Assembly (NCBI GenBank): GCA_977017575.1
Contig: CDRNVI010000006.1
Span: forward strand, 216,444-280,443
Reading direction: 5' to 3'
DNA length: 64,000 nucleotides
Source: Paramoeba atlantica
Lineage: Eukaryota > Protista > Discosea
The first letter of the stretch is position 1, and each line of letters begins with the position of its first letter. The position numbers and the translations under genes were made by a program. Shown here piece after piece: positions 10,356 through 21,054 of the stretch. The notes beneath the pieces are model-generated. The model searched no databases and was not told the DNA's origin. It worked only from the letters and a program-made list of their open reading frames with translations.

Positions 10356-11697
10356 AAAACCCCGCGTCATGAAAAGTGACCCCCCACTTTTTTTCGTACA
10401 AGTGTCCGTTTGAGCTGATTTTTGTTGCATTTTGCAGGTCTCAACACAAAGACTTTGCGCGAGAAGGAATGAAACTAAAAGAAGCGAATACGTATATTTT
10501 ATTGAGGAATTACCATTTTTTCACTTTTTCGCCTTTCAATCTTATACACTCCTTAAGGCGTGAGTCAAAGCTTAAGACCGTTTTGTCTCTCACATTTTGA
10601 GACAAGCGAGACCACGCTTTGCGTACACATCGGATGAGTGAAGGCTTATCCGATGGGGTCTGTTCGTCCACCGCCCCTTGGACCATAGACCAGACGTTTT
10701 CTATTGGGGAAAGATCTGGTGAGTTGGGGGGCCAATTTTTCAGAAGTTCACTCATTGCGCTTTCAATGTACTCCTTTGAGGCACGAGCAGTGTGTGCCGT
10801 TGCCCCATCTTGCTGAAAAATACGATTAGGGGGGAAATCTACCTCTTTTAATGTTTCTATGTACGTCTCACTTGTAATAGATGTGTCATTTTGTAGAATT
10901 ACCAAGTACCTCCACCCCACCCCTACAGCACCCCAAACTTGGCATCTTGGTGCCCAACGTACTTTTTGACGCGGGGCTGCTTTTTGACCGCGCCTTACCC
11001 ACATTTTTCTTCTGCCATCATTCGTATCAAATATTTTTTGAAAGATATTACTATTTTCTGTAAAGATGACACGGGAAGTATACATATTGTAATTCAACGC
11101 AAATTGAACTCTTTTTACTTTTTGTCGTTCGGTAAGCCCTTGGCATAGCGGTCGAGCGGCATAACTGTAATCCGGGGATGATAAGTCTCTCTGTACAGTT
11201 CTTTTTGAAACTTGTATATTCTTTTTCTTCAATTGGGCTGCTATGCGCCTTGATGAATTGAGTCTCGGTACTCCAGCGGGGTCAAGAGGGGTTATTATCT
11301 TCTCAATTTTCGTTTTACGAGTTTTCATTATTTTTTTTCGCTCAGGACTCAAAGTGTATACTGGGGTAATTTTTTTTTCGTTCAAATATTTTTTAACTAT
11401 CCTTCTAGAAACGTTGAAATCACGGGCTAGCTCTTTTATTGGTACTCCTTGTCCGTGCCTCATCTTTAAAAGAACCTTTCCACTAGAAGTCAGCCCCCCT
11501 CTTGGGAGTCTATATGGTGATTTTGGCATTTTTGAAAAAAAAAGTTAAAAAAAATTTACTGAATTTTAAAGTTTTAAAATGAGCTAAAAACAGCGGGAAC
11601 GTACAGATCTCAAAATTTTGAACGACAACGTGGTATGATAACCCCCCACGACCCCCTGTGCTAAAAATAAGGGGGGGTCACTTATTGACGCGGGGGT
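10356..11697 (-). mobile_element. Tc1/IS630-like DD35E transposon with full-length ORF 10510-11529 (339 aa); first catalytic Asp lost
   Basis: N-terminal HTH; FQQDGATAHT...WPPNSPDLSPIENVW (35 spacing). The first-D motif reads IFTENSNIFQKIFD instead of IFTDEKIFD. TIR core ACCCCGCGTCA..AAGTGACCCCCC. Confidence 0.85.
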
Positions 11698-11898
11698 TAA
11701 CTTTATAGGGCATTATTCTTTTGTTTTCTTTGTTATTTATGGCGTTTTTTTCACTTCTATGATTTTTACCTGTGATATTATTAATCACTACTGGTAACTT
11801 TTGCTGGTAGTCATTAGTGAACTGTTCTTTCAAGAAGATCATTGTTCCCGAAGGAGAAGCTACAAACGTTCTCTGTATAAAAGAATTCAATACCTTTT

Positions 11899-13389
11899 TT
11901 GGAGTTTAGATGTGTTTTAGATTATGTCGGATTTTTCGGTCAGTGTAACTTAATATGGTCCTGTACTTATATGACTGATGGAGTCGAAGTGTTCTTTCGA
12001 CAATCAGAAGCACTGGAATGGCGACACCATATGTCGCGGAAGAGAGGGTTAAATGATACACAATCTTCAAATACTCTGTTTGTATTCGGTGTTGAGAGGC
12101 CCTCCAGAGGTTCGAGCCAGCCAATATCAGACAATGCAGATCTGCGTACTTTCTCATGGAAGTTAGATAATTCTGGAGCAACCAAAACGAAGGGAGATCG
12201 TTACTTTATAGTGGGCACGGTGCGTGCGATTTGGGAAAGAATTAAAGCTGAGGAACCCCTTCATCGTCACTATTATGAATTGATAGAAGAAGGAACACCT
12301 TGTCACCCTTATTTTGACTTAGAATGTCACGAACGCTCCGCGCCTCCACTCAACAATATAGTGTCTGCACTGCGGGATGCTATAAACTGTAGTGGTATTT
12401 TTCCCATGTGGGGACACGATGCCCGCCGTAGTATTGTATCATCACAAGACCTATTCGTGCTTCAGAGTCTTCCAATTGTGAAAGAAAAATTTTCACTGCA
12501 TGTTATAGTACGATTGCCGACTTCCTTGACGAACGGATTTCACTGCGTTTTTCCTAATAATATGGAGTTAGGACTCTGGATTAAGAGTTTTATATGCCCA
12601 TACATGCGTGCAGCACTGGGCGTTGATCTGATAGACACGTCAGTTTACAGTAGGAACAGGACATTTCGTAGCCCATGGTGCTGTAAAAAGGATAAAAATA
12701 GTACTTTAGTGCCGATTTATGCGAACGTTGTTCAATCAAATTCGACATCACTTGCAGAGGAATGCGCTCCTACCGGGCTTTGGGATGCTTATGAGGTATT
12801 TCACCGTGGATTGATCACTGATCAATCCGATACAATTTTACTCCCTGCGCATTTCACTAAGCACTTCTCTGACACAGACTCGAAAAAACATCCTGCTGAA
12901 CACCGAGTGTATGCTCCTCTGCGGCCAAAGGCTTCTTTTTCAAAAATAATCAAACCGTTAAGCGAGGACCTCCTTCATAGTTTGGGAATTTCTTCTGCTA
13001 ATGTTTCGCTTCTACCAGCAGGCCTGGCTGAAAGCGTCATAGACAATGTAGTTAGTGCCCTGCAAAAGGGAGATCATCCCAAGCATCTTCATTCGAATTG
13101 CTTTCATCCAGAGTTGGATAGGTACATTCTTACATGTGTTGACGATTTTCGATCCTGTATATGGAATATACAAGCATTCACAGTGTATTACGCTTTGAAA
13201 AACTCTAGGTACTGTATCAATGTCGGCAGAGAGCATAAAAGCAATGGCACGTATGTATCCATTCATCTCATACGTCGAACTATGAGTCAGCGGTGCTATG
13301 ACGACGCATGCAAGACCTTTCGAGGACCTGAAGTACCAATCCCTCATGAAATTCAAGGATGTATTTGGTACAACTTAATTGATAAGTAA
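11899..13389 (+). CDS. PRIMPOL: PrimPol (AEP primase-polymerase with C-terminal Zn finger); likely ATG at 11971
   Basis: HYYELI..PCHPYFDLE (DxE), FSLH (SxH), IDTSVYSRNRTFR, CINVGREHKSN...CYDDAC. Confidence 0.92.
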   Translation: MEFRCVLDYVGFFGQCNLIWSCTYMTDGVEVFFRQSEALEWRHHMSRKRGLNDTQSSNTLFVFGVERPSRGSSQPISDNADLRTFSWKLDNSGATKTKGDRYFIVGTVRAIWERIKAEEPLHRHYYELIEEGTPCHPYFDLECHERSAPPLNNIVSALRDAINCSGIFPMWGHDARRSIVSSQDLFVLQSLPIVKEKFSLHVIVRLPTSLTNGFHCVFPNNMELGLWIKSFICPYMRAALGVDLIDTSVYSRNRTFRSPWCCKKDKNSTLVPIYANVVQSNSTSLAEECAPTGLWDAYEVFHRGLITDQSDTILLPAHFTKHFSDTDSKKHPAEHRVYAPLRPKASFSKIIKPLSEDLLHSLGISSANVSLLPAGLAESVIDNVVSALQKGDHPKHLHSNCFHPELDRYILTCVDDFRSCIWNIQAFTVYYALKNSRYCINVGREHKSNGTYVSIHLIRRTMSQRCYDDACKTFRGPEVPIPHEIQGCIWYNLIDK

Positions 13390-13690
13390 TGGACCAAAAA
13401 GATTATCTGTAAATTGTTTACCAAATATGGTATGAGAGATATAAAGTTTTGCAGTACCATTTTTGATGCTACGTTTAGCATCACCATAGGATACTCCTTG
13501 TATTTAGCCTTCAATGCTTTCAGCACCAAGGGGAATTCGAGACGATGCTTAGAGTAATAAAAATTGTTTTCCTACTCACTTTAAGAAGTGTACAAAAAAT
13601 AAATCTAAATAGTCTAAATAATCTTCCTCTAAAAATCTCAATATCGTTTTTAACTATTTCAAGCTCTTCACAGCTATCATAGAACAGTGG

Positions 13691-15898
13691 GTGGTAGAAC
13701 CAATGCCTGCATTTCGTCGTAGCACCGCCTACTTGAATCGATTTACAAAATTGGTCGTTGACAGGAATTATATTTGTCCAAAGACTTTACGGCCATGGCG
13801 CGATGATTCGGCAGATGGGAAACCTGCAGTAAGCGACGAAGACCAAGAAGCATATAATTTTTTGCACCGTAGTCCACACCGTCATAGTGATCTCGGGGGA
13901 TACGGAGAGGATTTCGGATTTCATTATGTACCACGCGTGTGGGTAGATCCCGATTCGCCGCATATTACTCCATATTTTAATCGCTGGATTAAATGTGCTA
14001 ATTTGAGAGAGGCTCGCTATTCGCACCATCGTCGGTTTTTACATGCAGTTGACGTTGAGAAACTTATACGGCATGGACGTCTGCTTCCTATGCCTCATCG
14101 TCTGTTGAATGATTACTTGATGTGTCGTATTCCTCTAACGGATCGTGATTTAGCTGCTATCTTTCGTTACGCCCGTTCTATACTCATCCGCCAAGGCAGC
14201 GATCAGTACTATCCTCACGTGGAGGAAATGTTCGAACGAGTGTTAGCTACGATGGTCCCACCAGTTGAAATTGGTGCCCATACCCACGCTGCTTTAATAC
14301 GCTGTTGTGCTAGCATTGGAAGGTGGAAGGAAGGCTATGAATGGTTTCGTAATCGCATAGCTGACTACGATATAACGGAGAATAGTGAGTTGTATGACGC
14401 TATTTTAGAATTATGCGAGACATGTGAAGAACACGAAACAGCGTGGCTCGAGTTTGAAAAGCTGTTAAAACTAGGTGTAAGAGTGCCATCCGTCACTTTA
14501 TGTCGTATGATTCGCATTGCGGCAGAGCAAAGAAAGTGGGAGCTTGGGAACGAGGTGTGGGACCTTTTCGAATTCTTTGATGAGAAAAGAGACGCTCCAG
14601 CTTATGCTTCTTATTTGACTTTGGCAAGTGAATGTCCTGGCCACTGTGAACGTGCACTAGGCGTGTTTGCTGAGCTCCGAACTCTCAATCTTATTCCCAC
14701 AATTGAAATGGCGCACAGTGTAATGTACACTCTTTGCAAAACTCCGGGATACATGGAACTGGCACGTTCGCTCATGAATGATCTTTTATCAACTGACCAG
14801 CAAACGAATCGAGGACTCCTTCCGGATTACCGAACAGTTACTTACATGATGATGGGATGCGCCGTGAATTCCGACATGCAGTTGGCAATGGAGATATACA
14901 ATCTCGTTCTGGGTCCAGACTACAAAGTTCGTTCGATACAAATTTTGCCGGAAGCTGTATTTCATATGCTGCGAGCGATTTTTAGGGGACTAATTGAGAG
15001 TGAACTGCAATCACTCGATGGTGGCTTACAAAAAGCATTACCCTTCACTTTAATACGTGAATTCGTGGACAGCAGCATCCGCCACGTTCGCAAAGTATAT
15101 CCTCGTTCAAACTATGAGGAATGGATCCTCACTGAGCATGTGGCCATACTTTCTCAGCTAGGTGACTTTTCGCGAATTTTGAGTATTCTAAAATTTTTTG
15201 CCGGTTCAAATTTCGAGGTGAACATGCGAATCTATTTTTTTCTTTTGTATTCACTTATAGAGCCGTTTAGACGATGTTCATTACTGAAGTCATTGGAGCA
15301 CCATTATTCAAACCACATAGCTCCGTCGACTCTGAACACGAACGAACAAAATTTCTCAAAGTTGCGTTCACGAGGGAAAAAGTTAAGCAATTCTGACTCT
15401 CTTAAAAGAGCTGATGCTGAGTTTGAGTTAGCTAACGCTTTACATAATAAAATAATGTGCGTGCTGGACATGGCTCTCTTAAAGAGGGTTCCTATTAGTA
15501 GATGTAATTGCATTTCAGAAGCCTATGGTATTCTCCGCAGTCTTTATACTAAGGAATGTCGCACCGCACCGCAGCAATTGCAACCAATGGCTCGAAGCCT
15601 GGATGCCACGTGGGAAGGTATTAATAGGCTTACAGTGGATACTGTGCCAGAAGAAACTGCTGTAGCTTCAGATATGTCCCACACCACTACACCTTCGAAT
15701 GATAAAAGCGCGACGTTCGATGCCACCAAAGACGATCTTTTCGATGACCCTCTGTGGGGAATTGACCCAGCTCTACCCTTGCATCCAAGGCATGCAAAAT
15801 ATGTGAAGTCTAACTTCCACTTTTCACGAGAGGAGAAGGGTTTGCAGAAGCTTGGTCAAGGGTACAAAGCTCCGAAACATATTCCAATGGATGCCTAG
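13691..15898 (+). CDS. Pentatricopeptide-repeat protein, probably mitochondrial; likely ATG at 13703
   Basis: Successive ~35-aa helical repeats (THAALIRCCASIG, LYDAILELC, TLCRMIRIAA, AYASYLTLA, TVTYMMMGCA). Confidence 0.8.
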   Translation: MVEPMPAFRRSTAYLNRFTKLVVDRNYICPKTLRPWRDDSADGKPAVSDEDQEAYNFLHRSPHRHSDLGGYGEDFGFHYVPRVWVDPDSPHITPYFNRWIKCANLREARYSHHRRFLHAVDVEKLIRHGRLLPMPHRLLNDYLMCRIPLTDRDLAAIFRYARSILIRQGSDQYYPHVEEMFERVLATMVPPVEIGAHTHAALIRCCASIGRWKEGYEWFRNRIADYDITENSELYDAILELCETCEEHETAWLEFEKLLKLGVRVPSVTLCRMIRIAAEQRKWELGNEVWDLFEFFDEKRDAPAYASYLTLASECPGHCERALGVFAELRTLNLIPTIEMAHSVMYTLCKTPGYMELARSLMNDLLSTDQQTNRGLLPDYRTVTYMMMGCAVNSDMQLAMEIYNLVLGPDYKVRSIQILPEAVFHMLRAIFRGLIESELQSLDGGLQKALPFTLIREFVDSSIRHVRKVYPRSNYEEWILTEHVAILSQLGDFSRILSILKFFAGSNFEVNMRIYFFLLYSLIEPFRRCSLLKSLEHHYSNHIAPSTLNTNEQNFSKLRSRGKKLSNSDSLKRADAEFELANALHNKIMCVLDMALLKRVPISRCNCISEAYGILRSLYTKECRTAPQQLQPMARSLDATWEGINRLTVDTVPEETAVASDMSHTTTPSNDKSATFDATKDDLFDDPLWGIDPALPLHPRHAKYVKSNFHFSREEKGLQKLGQGYKAPKHIPMDA

Positions 15899-16085
15899 GT
15901 GCACCGTCAGACCTTGGGAAACATTTCCGGGTCATAAAACAAAGTCTTGGAGTTGATGTTACATTCACTTCGGTAGAATAATTGACATTTCGTTATTTTT
16001 TAGTCTCAAAAAATTCATTTTCACTATTCTAAAGACTACGTGTACTACTTTTAGAGACCAGAAAGTAAGATTTCTCCCTGTAAGA

Positions 16086-17156
16086 ATGTTTCAAATAATG
16101 ACGACGCAGATTGCGGCGCTGATTGTTGTATTCTGGGCAAGTATTCACTCGAACTCTCACGTTTCCAGCAGCGTCATCGTGAGAGCCATTGTTTTGGCCG
16201 CAGAACCAAACGTGACAATTGGTCAAACTCTAGAGCAGAAGGGAAAATCTGAAATATTTGAAACGGTCAGGAATCCATCTGGAGACATGCAATACCATTC
16301 CTTGGAATTCTATTCTCAGCGATATGGAATGACTTCTACGTGGTGCCTATTGATTCTTATCCTATCGTTACTCCTTGTATTTCCTTACCTCTGGCTTCGT
16401 TTTCTCTACCAAGTCCGGCAGCCGAAACTTGTCCTTGTCGGTCCGTGTGGATCGGGAAAAACGGCTCTGTTCCAAAATCTTGCCGGTCTGGAAATCCTTC
16501 CCACGCACACCTCTTACAAGCCTAATGAAGGCACTTTGGAAAAAAGGAGCCTAGCTGTTCCGTTATCCAAATCCTCAATAAAGGATTTCAAACTTGTCGA
16601 TGTGCCTGGCCACCCACGCATGCGACATCTCGCGGAGCGTGAGATCACGGGAGGCAACGAGGGCACCTGTGCTCGTGCTGTTGTGTTCGTTCTGGATGGT
16701 GTGAGTCTTGCGGAATCGGAGGGGATGGCTGAAATTGCGTCGTACTTATCAGACGTCACGCGATGGATGCAACAAGCACAGAAAAACGCCCCAGTTTCCC
16801 TTTTTATTGCCTTTAATAAAGCGGATGATGTCATGTGCCCCCGAGCATCGTTCGCGAAAGAAAGGATTATGCGCGAGATGTCGCGTGTGGCCTCCACGCC
16901 GAGTATTGCTAATATTTCACACATTAAGGAGAGGAGGCAAAATGCGTTGGCAAGAATATTAGCAAAGTGTGGTCTGAAAAGGAAACGCTTCGAGGCAATG
17001 GAGGATACGGCGTTAGTGTCATGTACTAGTTTTCTAGAAAATACTAAAGTTGATTGGGGTCTGACGAGTTCCCAGGATAACAAAAGTGCAGACTCGCCTT
17101 GCACTGGAAATACGGAATTGAATTCAGAATTCTACAAGTGGATACAATCTCTTTAG
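16086..17156 (+). CDS. SRPRB: Signal recognition particle receptor beta subunit
   Basis: N-terminal TM segments, GPCGSGKT, DVPGHPRMR, NKAD. Confidence 0.88.
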   Translation: MFQIMTTQIAALIVVFWASIHSNSHVSSSVIVRAIVLAAEPNVTIGQTLEQKGKSEIFETVRNPSGDMQYHSLEFYSQRYGMTSTWCLLILILSLLLVFPYLWLRFLYQVRQPKLVLVGPCGSGKTALFQNLAGLEILPTHTSYKPNEGTLEKRSLAVPLSKSSIKDFKLVDVPGHPRMRHLAEREITGGNEGTCARAVVFVLDGVSLAESEGMAEIASYLSDVTRWMQQAQKNAPVSLFIAFNKADDVMCPRASFAKERIMREMSRVASTPSIANISHIKERRQNALARILAKCGLKRKRFEAMEDTALVSCTSFLENTKVDWGLTSSQDNKSADSPCTGNTELNSEFYKWIQSL

Positions 17157-17427
17157 ATTTCATGTTTTGACAGATCTTCCTTGATGCCTTTAGATGTTTA
17201 TGACACGTATGCGGCGGAACTTTTCCAGTTTCCCATTTCTCTTCACAACTTCAGACTCAACGAAACGGAGGGTGTAAGAGGGTGTAACTACACTGTATTT
17301 GTGTCTACTATGTACTTGTTTCATGTATAAGATAACGTATTTCGTTTAATGATGATTTAACATAGAGATTTAACACACCTCGACGCATTAGGAATCATAG
17401 ACTCTCAACCATTATTGTTTTTCTCTG

Positions 17428-19482
17428 ATGAAGAAAAGCAAGACCCCGCACCCTTTTCGTTCACGAGCCCAAACGCTTTGCAAAGCAGAGCTACCTGTCA
17501 CATCTGTTCCAGAATTGAAAAGCGCTTGGCAAGCTACCCAGTTGGAAGACTTCTTCCAAACTGCAGCCGAAAATGAAAAGGACTTTGCTGCACTCAGACA
17601 TCCTCAATTAGTTAACGCCTCTAAGATTGAACACACAGAATCTCACCATGATACAGTACCGGACTCCCATGGCGTATATTTACCTATTCCTCGTCGCCCA
17701 TCCTGGAGGTACGATGAAACAAAAGCAGAATTGGAGGTGAGAGAAAGAGATTACTTTCTTACATGGCGCAGAGAGGTGAATTCAATGGAACAAAAACTAC
17801 GCCCTTTGGTAGTGAGTCCATATGAAAAGAATTTAGAGGTATGGCGTCAACTCTGGCGTGTTGCAGAGCGCAGTAGTCTGATACTGCAAATAGTGGACGC
17901 ACGAAATCCGCTTGGCTTCCGCTGTCTGGATTTGGAAAAATATGTTGTCGAGAGTAACCGGCTCTGTGTATTGGTGCTCAATAAAGCAGATTTGCTGACC
18001 TCTGAACAGCGGGAGCAATGGGCGAAATACTTCACGCGGGACGGTATTCCTTTTCTTTTTTTCAGTGCTATTGAGGACGGCGTTTCAAATGTAGAACCCG
18101 AATTGGTAGTCAATCACAAGGTTTCAGAGTTGAGTGCAGATAAGAACTCGGCCGGTACGTCATCCATTTCTACTGGAGAAAAGCGATGTTCTAGAAGACG
18201 CCACCACAAATCGAGTAGTATCGGTACTCTGCCCCCCTGGGTGAACTCTATGGCGGCTTCCGGAGGTGATTTATCCCTTATTCGACACTCTTTGCAATCG
18301 CTTGCAGGGGGCAATGTGGATGAAGCTGACAGAGCCCGTAACTTGACAGTAACAGAGCACAACAGAACGACGAGAGCTAAATCGTTTTTGGAGGAGAATC
18401 CTGCCATTTCATGCAGTGAACAGCTTGCGCATGCAGTATTTAATTCCTCACGGATCTTCACTCCGAAAGATTTGGTTGACACTCTTCTTGTATTTTATGA
18501 ATTGTGGAAGGTGGAGTCGTGCTCTAACGATGGTGACGGTCAGACTGTCTTTGAGTCAACGTCGTGTAACAAAGATGGCAGTTCATCCAATTTTACTAAC
18601 GCACTGCACGTAGGTCTTGTGGGCTATCCGAATGTGGGTAAAAGTAGTGTGCTAAATTTCTTACAAGGGAAAAAGCGCGTCACAGTCAGTCATACTCCTG
18701 GCAAAACGAAACACTTACAAACATTGTACTTGGAGTATGAGAGACGTCTTGTGCTTGTCGATTGTCCTGGTCTCGTGTTTCCCGTGGTAGGGAAGACAGA
18801 AGAAGAGATGACTTGTGACGGAATTCTTCCCGTAGCTACTATGAGAGACTACGCAGCTACTGTGGAGGTTGTCTGTGGACGAGTACCACAAGATGTACTT
18901 GAGCGTCGGTACGGTGTGGATTTGACCAGTGAATGGAATGAGCCGAATCTATCTCTAGGCGAACGCCTTATGGATGCTCTAGCAGTATGTCGTGGTTACG
19001 TGGGAAAAACGAGTACCCCGAACAGGTCGCGAGCCGCACTTTTAATTCTTAGAGACTATCTGAACGGTCGCATTTTATATGTGCACTTACCTCCGGGCAC
19101 GACCTCTGAGAAGTCTTTAAGACACCGATCTGTTGATGCGGAGGTAGGATGCGACTCTTCGGATGAGTGGTCATCTGTTACTTCTCTTGATATACCTTTA
19201 GAACGCGAAGAAAATGTTGTCAATGAAAAGCACTTACGGGAATGCTCGGGTCAAAGCAAGAATCCTTTTGCTTGCGAAGCGTCGAGAACTAGTGTAGAAA
19301 GCAATTGTCCTGATGAGGAATGTCTCGAAGTTGACGCCTCGGACGAAATTTTGATATCAAAACCGGAAGAATTTGTTGATCACCCGCGCGAAGGTCATCG
19401 AAGAGGCCAAAGTAAAGCATCTGCTCGCCGTGCGCAGAAAAAGATCGACAAATCAATGCAGAAAACGTTCTTGCTTCAGTAG
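17428..19482 (+). CDS. LSG1: Large subunit GTPase 1 (circularly permuted GTPase)
   Basis: IPRRPSW, PYEKNLEVWRQLWRV, QIVDARNPL, NKADLL, GYPNVGKSS, TPGKTKH, DCPGLVFP. Confidence 0.95.
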   Translation: MKKSKTPHPFRSRAQTLCKAELPVTSVPELKSAWQATQLEDFFQTAAENEKDFAALRHPQLVNASKIEHTESHHDTVPDSHGVYLPIPRRPSWRYDETKAELEVRERDYFLTWRREVNSMEQKLRPLVVSPYEKNLEVWRQLWRVAERSSLILQIVDARNPLGFRCLDLEKYVVESNRLCVLVLNKADLLTSEQREQWAKYFTRDGIPFLFFSAIEDGVSNVEPELVVNHKVSELSADKNSAGTSSISTGEKRCSRRRHHKSSSIGTLPPWVNSMAASGGDLSLIRHSLQSLAGGNVDEADRARNLTVTEHNRTTRAKSFLEENPAISCSEQLAHAVFNSSRIFTPKDLVDTLLVFYELWKVESCSNDGDGQTVFESTSCNKDGSSSNFTNALHVGLVGYPNVGKSSVLNFLQGKKRVTVSHTPGKTKHLQTLYLEYERRLVLVDCPGLVFPVVGKTEEEMTCDGILPVATMRDYAATVEVVCGRVPQDVLERRYGVDLTSEWNEPNLSLGERLMDALAVCRGYVGKTSTPNRSRAALLILRDYLNGRILYVHLPPGTTSEKSLRHRSVDAEVGCDSSDEWSSVTSLDIPLEREENVVNEKHLRECSGQSKNPFACEASRTSVESNCPDEECLEVDASDEILISKPEEFVDHPREGHRRGQSKASARRAQKKIDKSMQKTFLLQ

Positions 19483-19609
19483 TGAAACTGAACCAGAAGT
19501 CCACATATATTTTTTCGTTCACGAGCATCGTTTCTGTGATCATCTATAACATGGAAAGCCTGCCCTTTTTCTTTTTTCATTTCCTTTTCCTTTTCATTTC
19601 AAAACATTT

Positions 19610-20797
19610 GTGCACTTTTTGTTACTCTTTTCATCCCTACCCCCCACACTTTCATCTCCTCAAAACCATCTCCCCTATAAAATTAAACCCTCACCCCTCT
19701 CCCCACCCCCCTCCTTTTTTACCCCCTTTACCACCCTCCCCTTTCCTTCTCTCCCCTTCCCTCCCATGCCCCCCCCTTCCCCCGTCCCCCCCTTCTACCA
19801 CGCCCTCCTCGCCGCGGACAACCCCTCCCCCCTCTCCCTCGCCCTCCGCACCGCCGCCTCCCTCCTCCTCCTCCTCGCAACCCTCACCATCTGGGCCGCC
19901 GCCTGGCTCGTCTCCCTCCCCGTCTACGGCCTGGCCTACCCCGTGCTCCCCACCCCCCGCCGCCGCCGCCTCCTCTCCGCCATCTTCCGCTTCTTTAACG
20001 TTAAACTGCTCATCGCGCTCTGCGCCGGGTGGCTGTGGCGCATCCACGTCCTCGAGGACCGCTGCTTCCCCCGGCTGCCGAGGAGGGCCCGGGTGATCTA
20101 CTTGGTGAACCACGCCTCCAACGCGGACCCCTGGGTCGCGGCCCGGGTGCTGTGGGAGAGCGGGGGGGTGGACTGCCGCTGGGTCGCGAAGGCCTCGCTG
20201 TTCCGGATCCCGTTCGCGGGGTGGTGCATGCGGATGGCGGGGGATATTGCGGTCCACTTTACGGCGGAGAAAGGGGGCTGGGGGACGAAACGGGGGAGTG
20301 TGTCCCGGATGATGCGGTATTGTGGGGAGTTGTTGGAGGAGCGTGTCCCGATTGGGGTGTTTCCGGAAGGGGGACGGAGTCGGGTGGGGGAGGAGGGGCC
20401 GTTGCTGCCGTTTAAGCTGGGGTTTTTTGATTTGGCGATAAAGAAGTCGGCGAGCGCGACAACGGAGCAGGATGTGGTGTGGCTGGTTCCGGTGGTGTTG
20501 GTGAACACGCACATGGCATGGAAACCGGGCGATTGGAAAGTGGCCAGCAGTGATATTTATGTCACACTGGGTGACCCCTTTCCTGTGTCGGAGGAAAATG
20601 TAAACTATTGTGTGGAAAAACTATCCATAGAAGGTGATGTAGCGCCGTTAACTGAACAGCTGACGGTAAGGAGAACGGAAGCACTCGCTAGTCACATGCA
20701 GGATACTTTTTCGAGAATACGAAAGAAGATGCACTCCCAGTTACGCGTATCCAAAGGGACCAGGATACGGCCTAGTAAAAAGATACATGCAAACTGA
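19610..20797 (+). CDS. 1-acyl-sn-glycerol-3-phosphate acyltransferase (PlsC family); likely ATG at 19766
   Basis: NHASNAD (NHxxxxD), AKASLFRIPFAGW, FPEGGRS; N-terminal TM helix. Confidence 0.9.
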   Translation: MHFLLLFSSLPPTLSSPQNHLPYKIKPSPLSPPPSFFTPFTTLPFPSLPFPPMPPPSPVPPFYHALLAADNPSPLSLALRTAASLLLLLATLTIWAAAWLVSLPVYGLAYPVLPTPRRRRLLSAIFRFFNVKLLIALCAGWLWRIHVLEDRCFPRLPRRARVIYLVNHASNADPWVAARVLWESGGVDCRWVAKASLFRIPFAGWCMRMAGDIAVHFTAEKGGWGTKRGSVSRMMRYCGELLEERVPIGVFPEGGRSRVGEEGPLLPFKLGFFDLAIKKSASATTEQDVVWLVPVVLVNTHMAWKPGDWKVASSDIYVTLGDPFPVSEENVNYCVEKLSIEGDVAPLTEQLTVRRTEALASHMQDTFSRIRKKMHSQLRVSKGTRIRPSKKIHAN

Positions 20798-21054
20798 CAG
20801 TAAAAGGTGATATTCTACTTTTTTGTAGTAAAAACCATTAGTACGTTTTATGTAAATGTAATTTGTAAATAGCTTTACGAAATCTAATACAGTGGTGTTA
20901 CGTAGGTAGTAAATCCAGCAGCAAACGCAATATAGTAAGTGACAAAAGTTCAACTAAAAAAGTAGAAATTCAGATAACAGAGTCTTCGAAAGCTGAATAG
21001 TGGATCAGATTTAGCCCATCATACTAAACTTTTACAAATTTATCTGCATCAACC

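Noticed and set aside
17349-17428. ATGATGA...CTGA pair upstream of LSG1 as a C/D snoRNA
   Set aside because: No recognisable rRNA-antisense guide or internal boxes; CTGA overlaps the start codon and the interval looks like the trans-splicing region.
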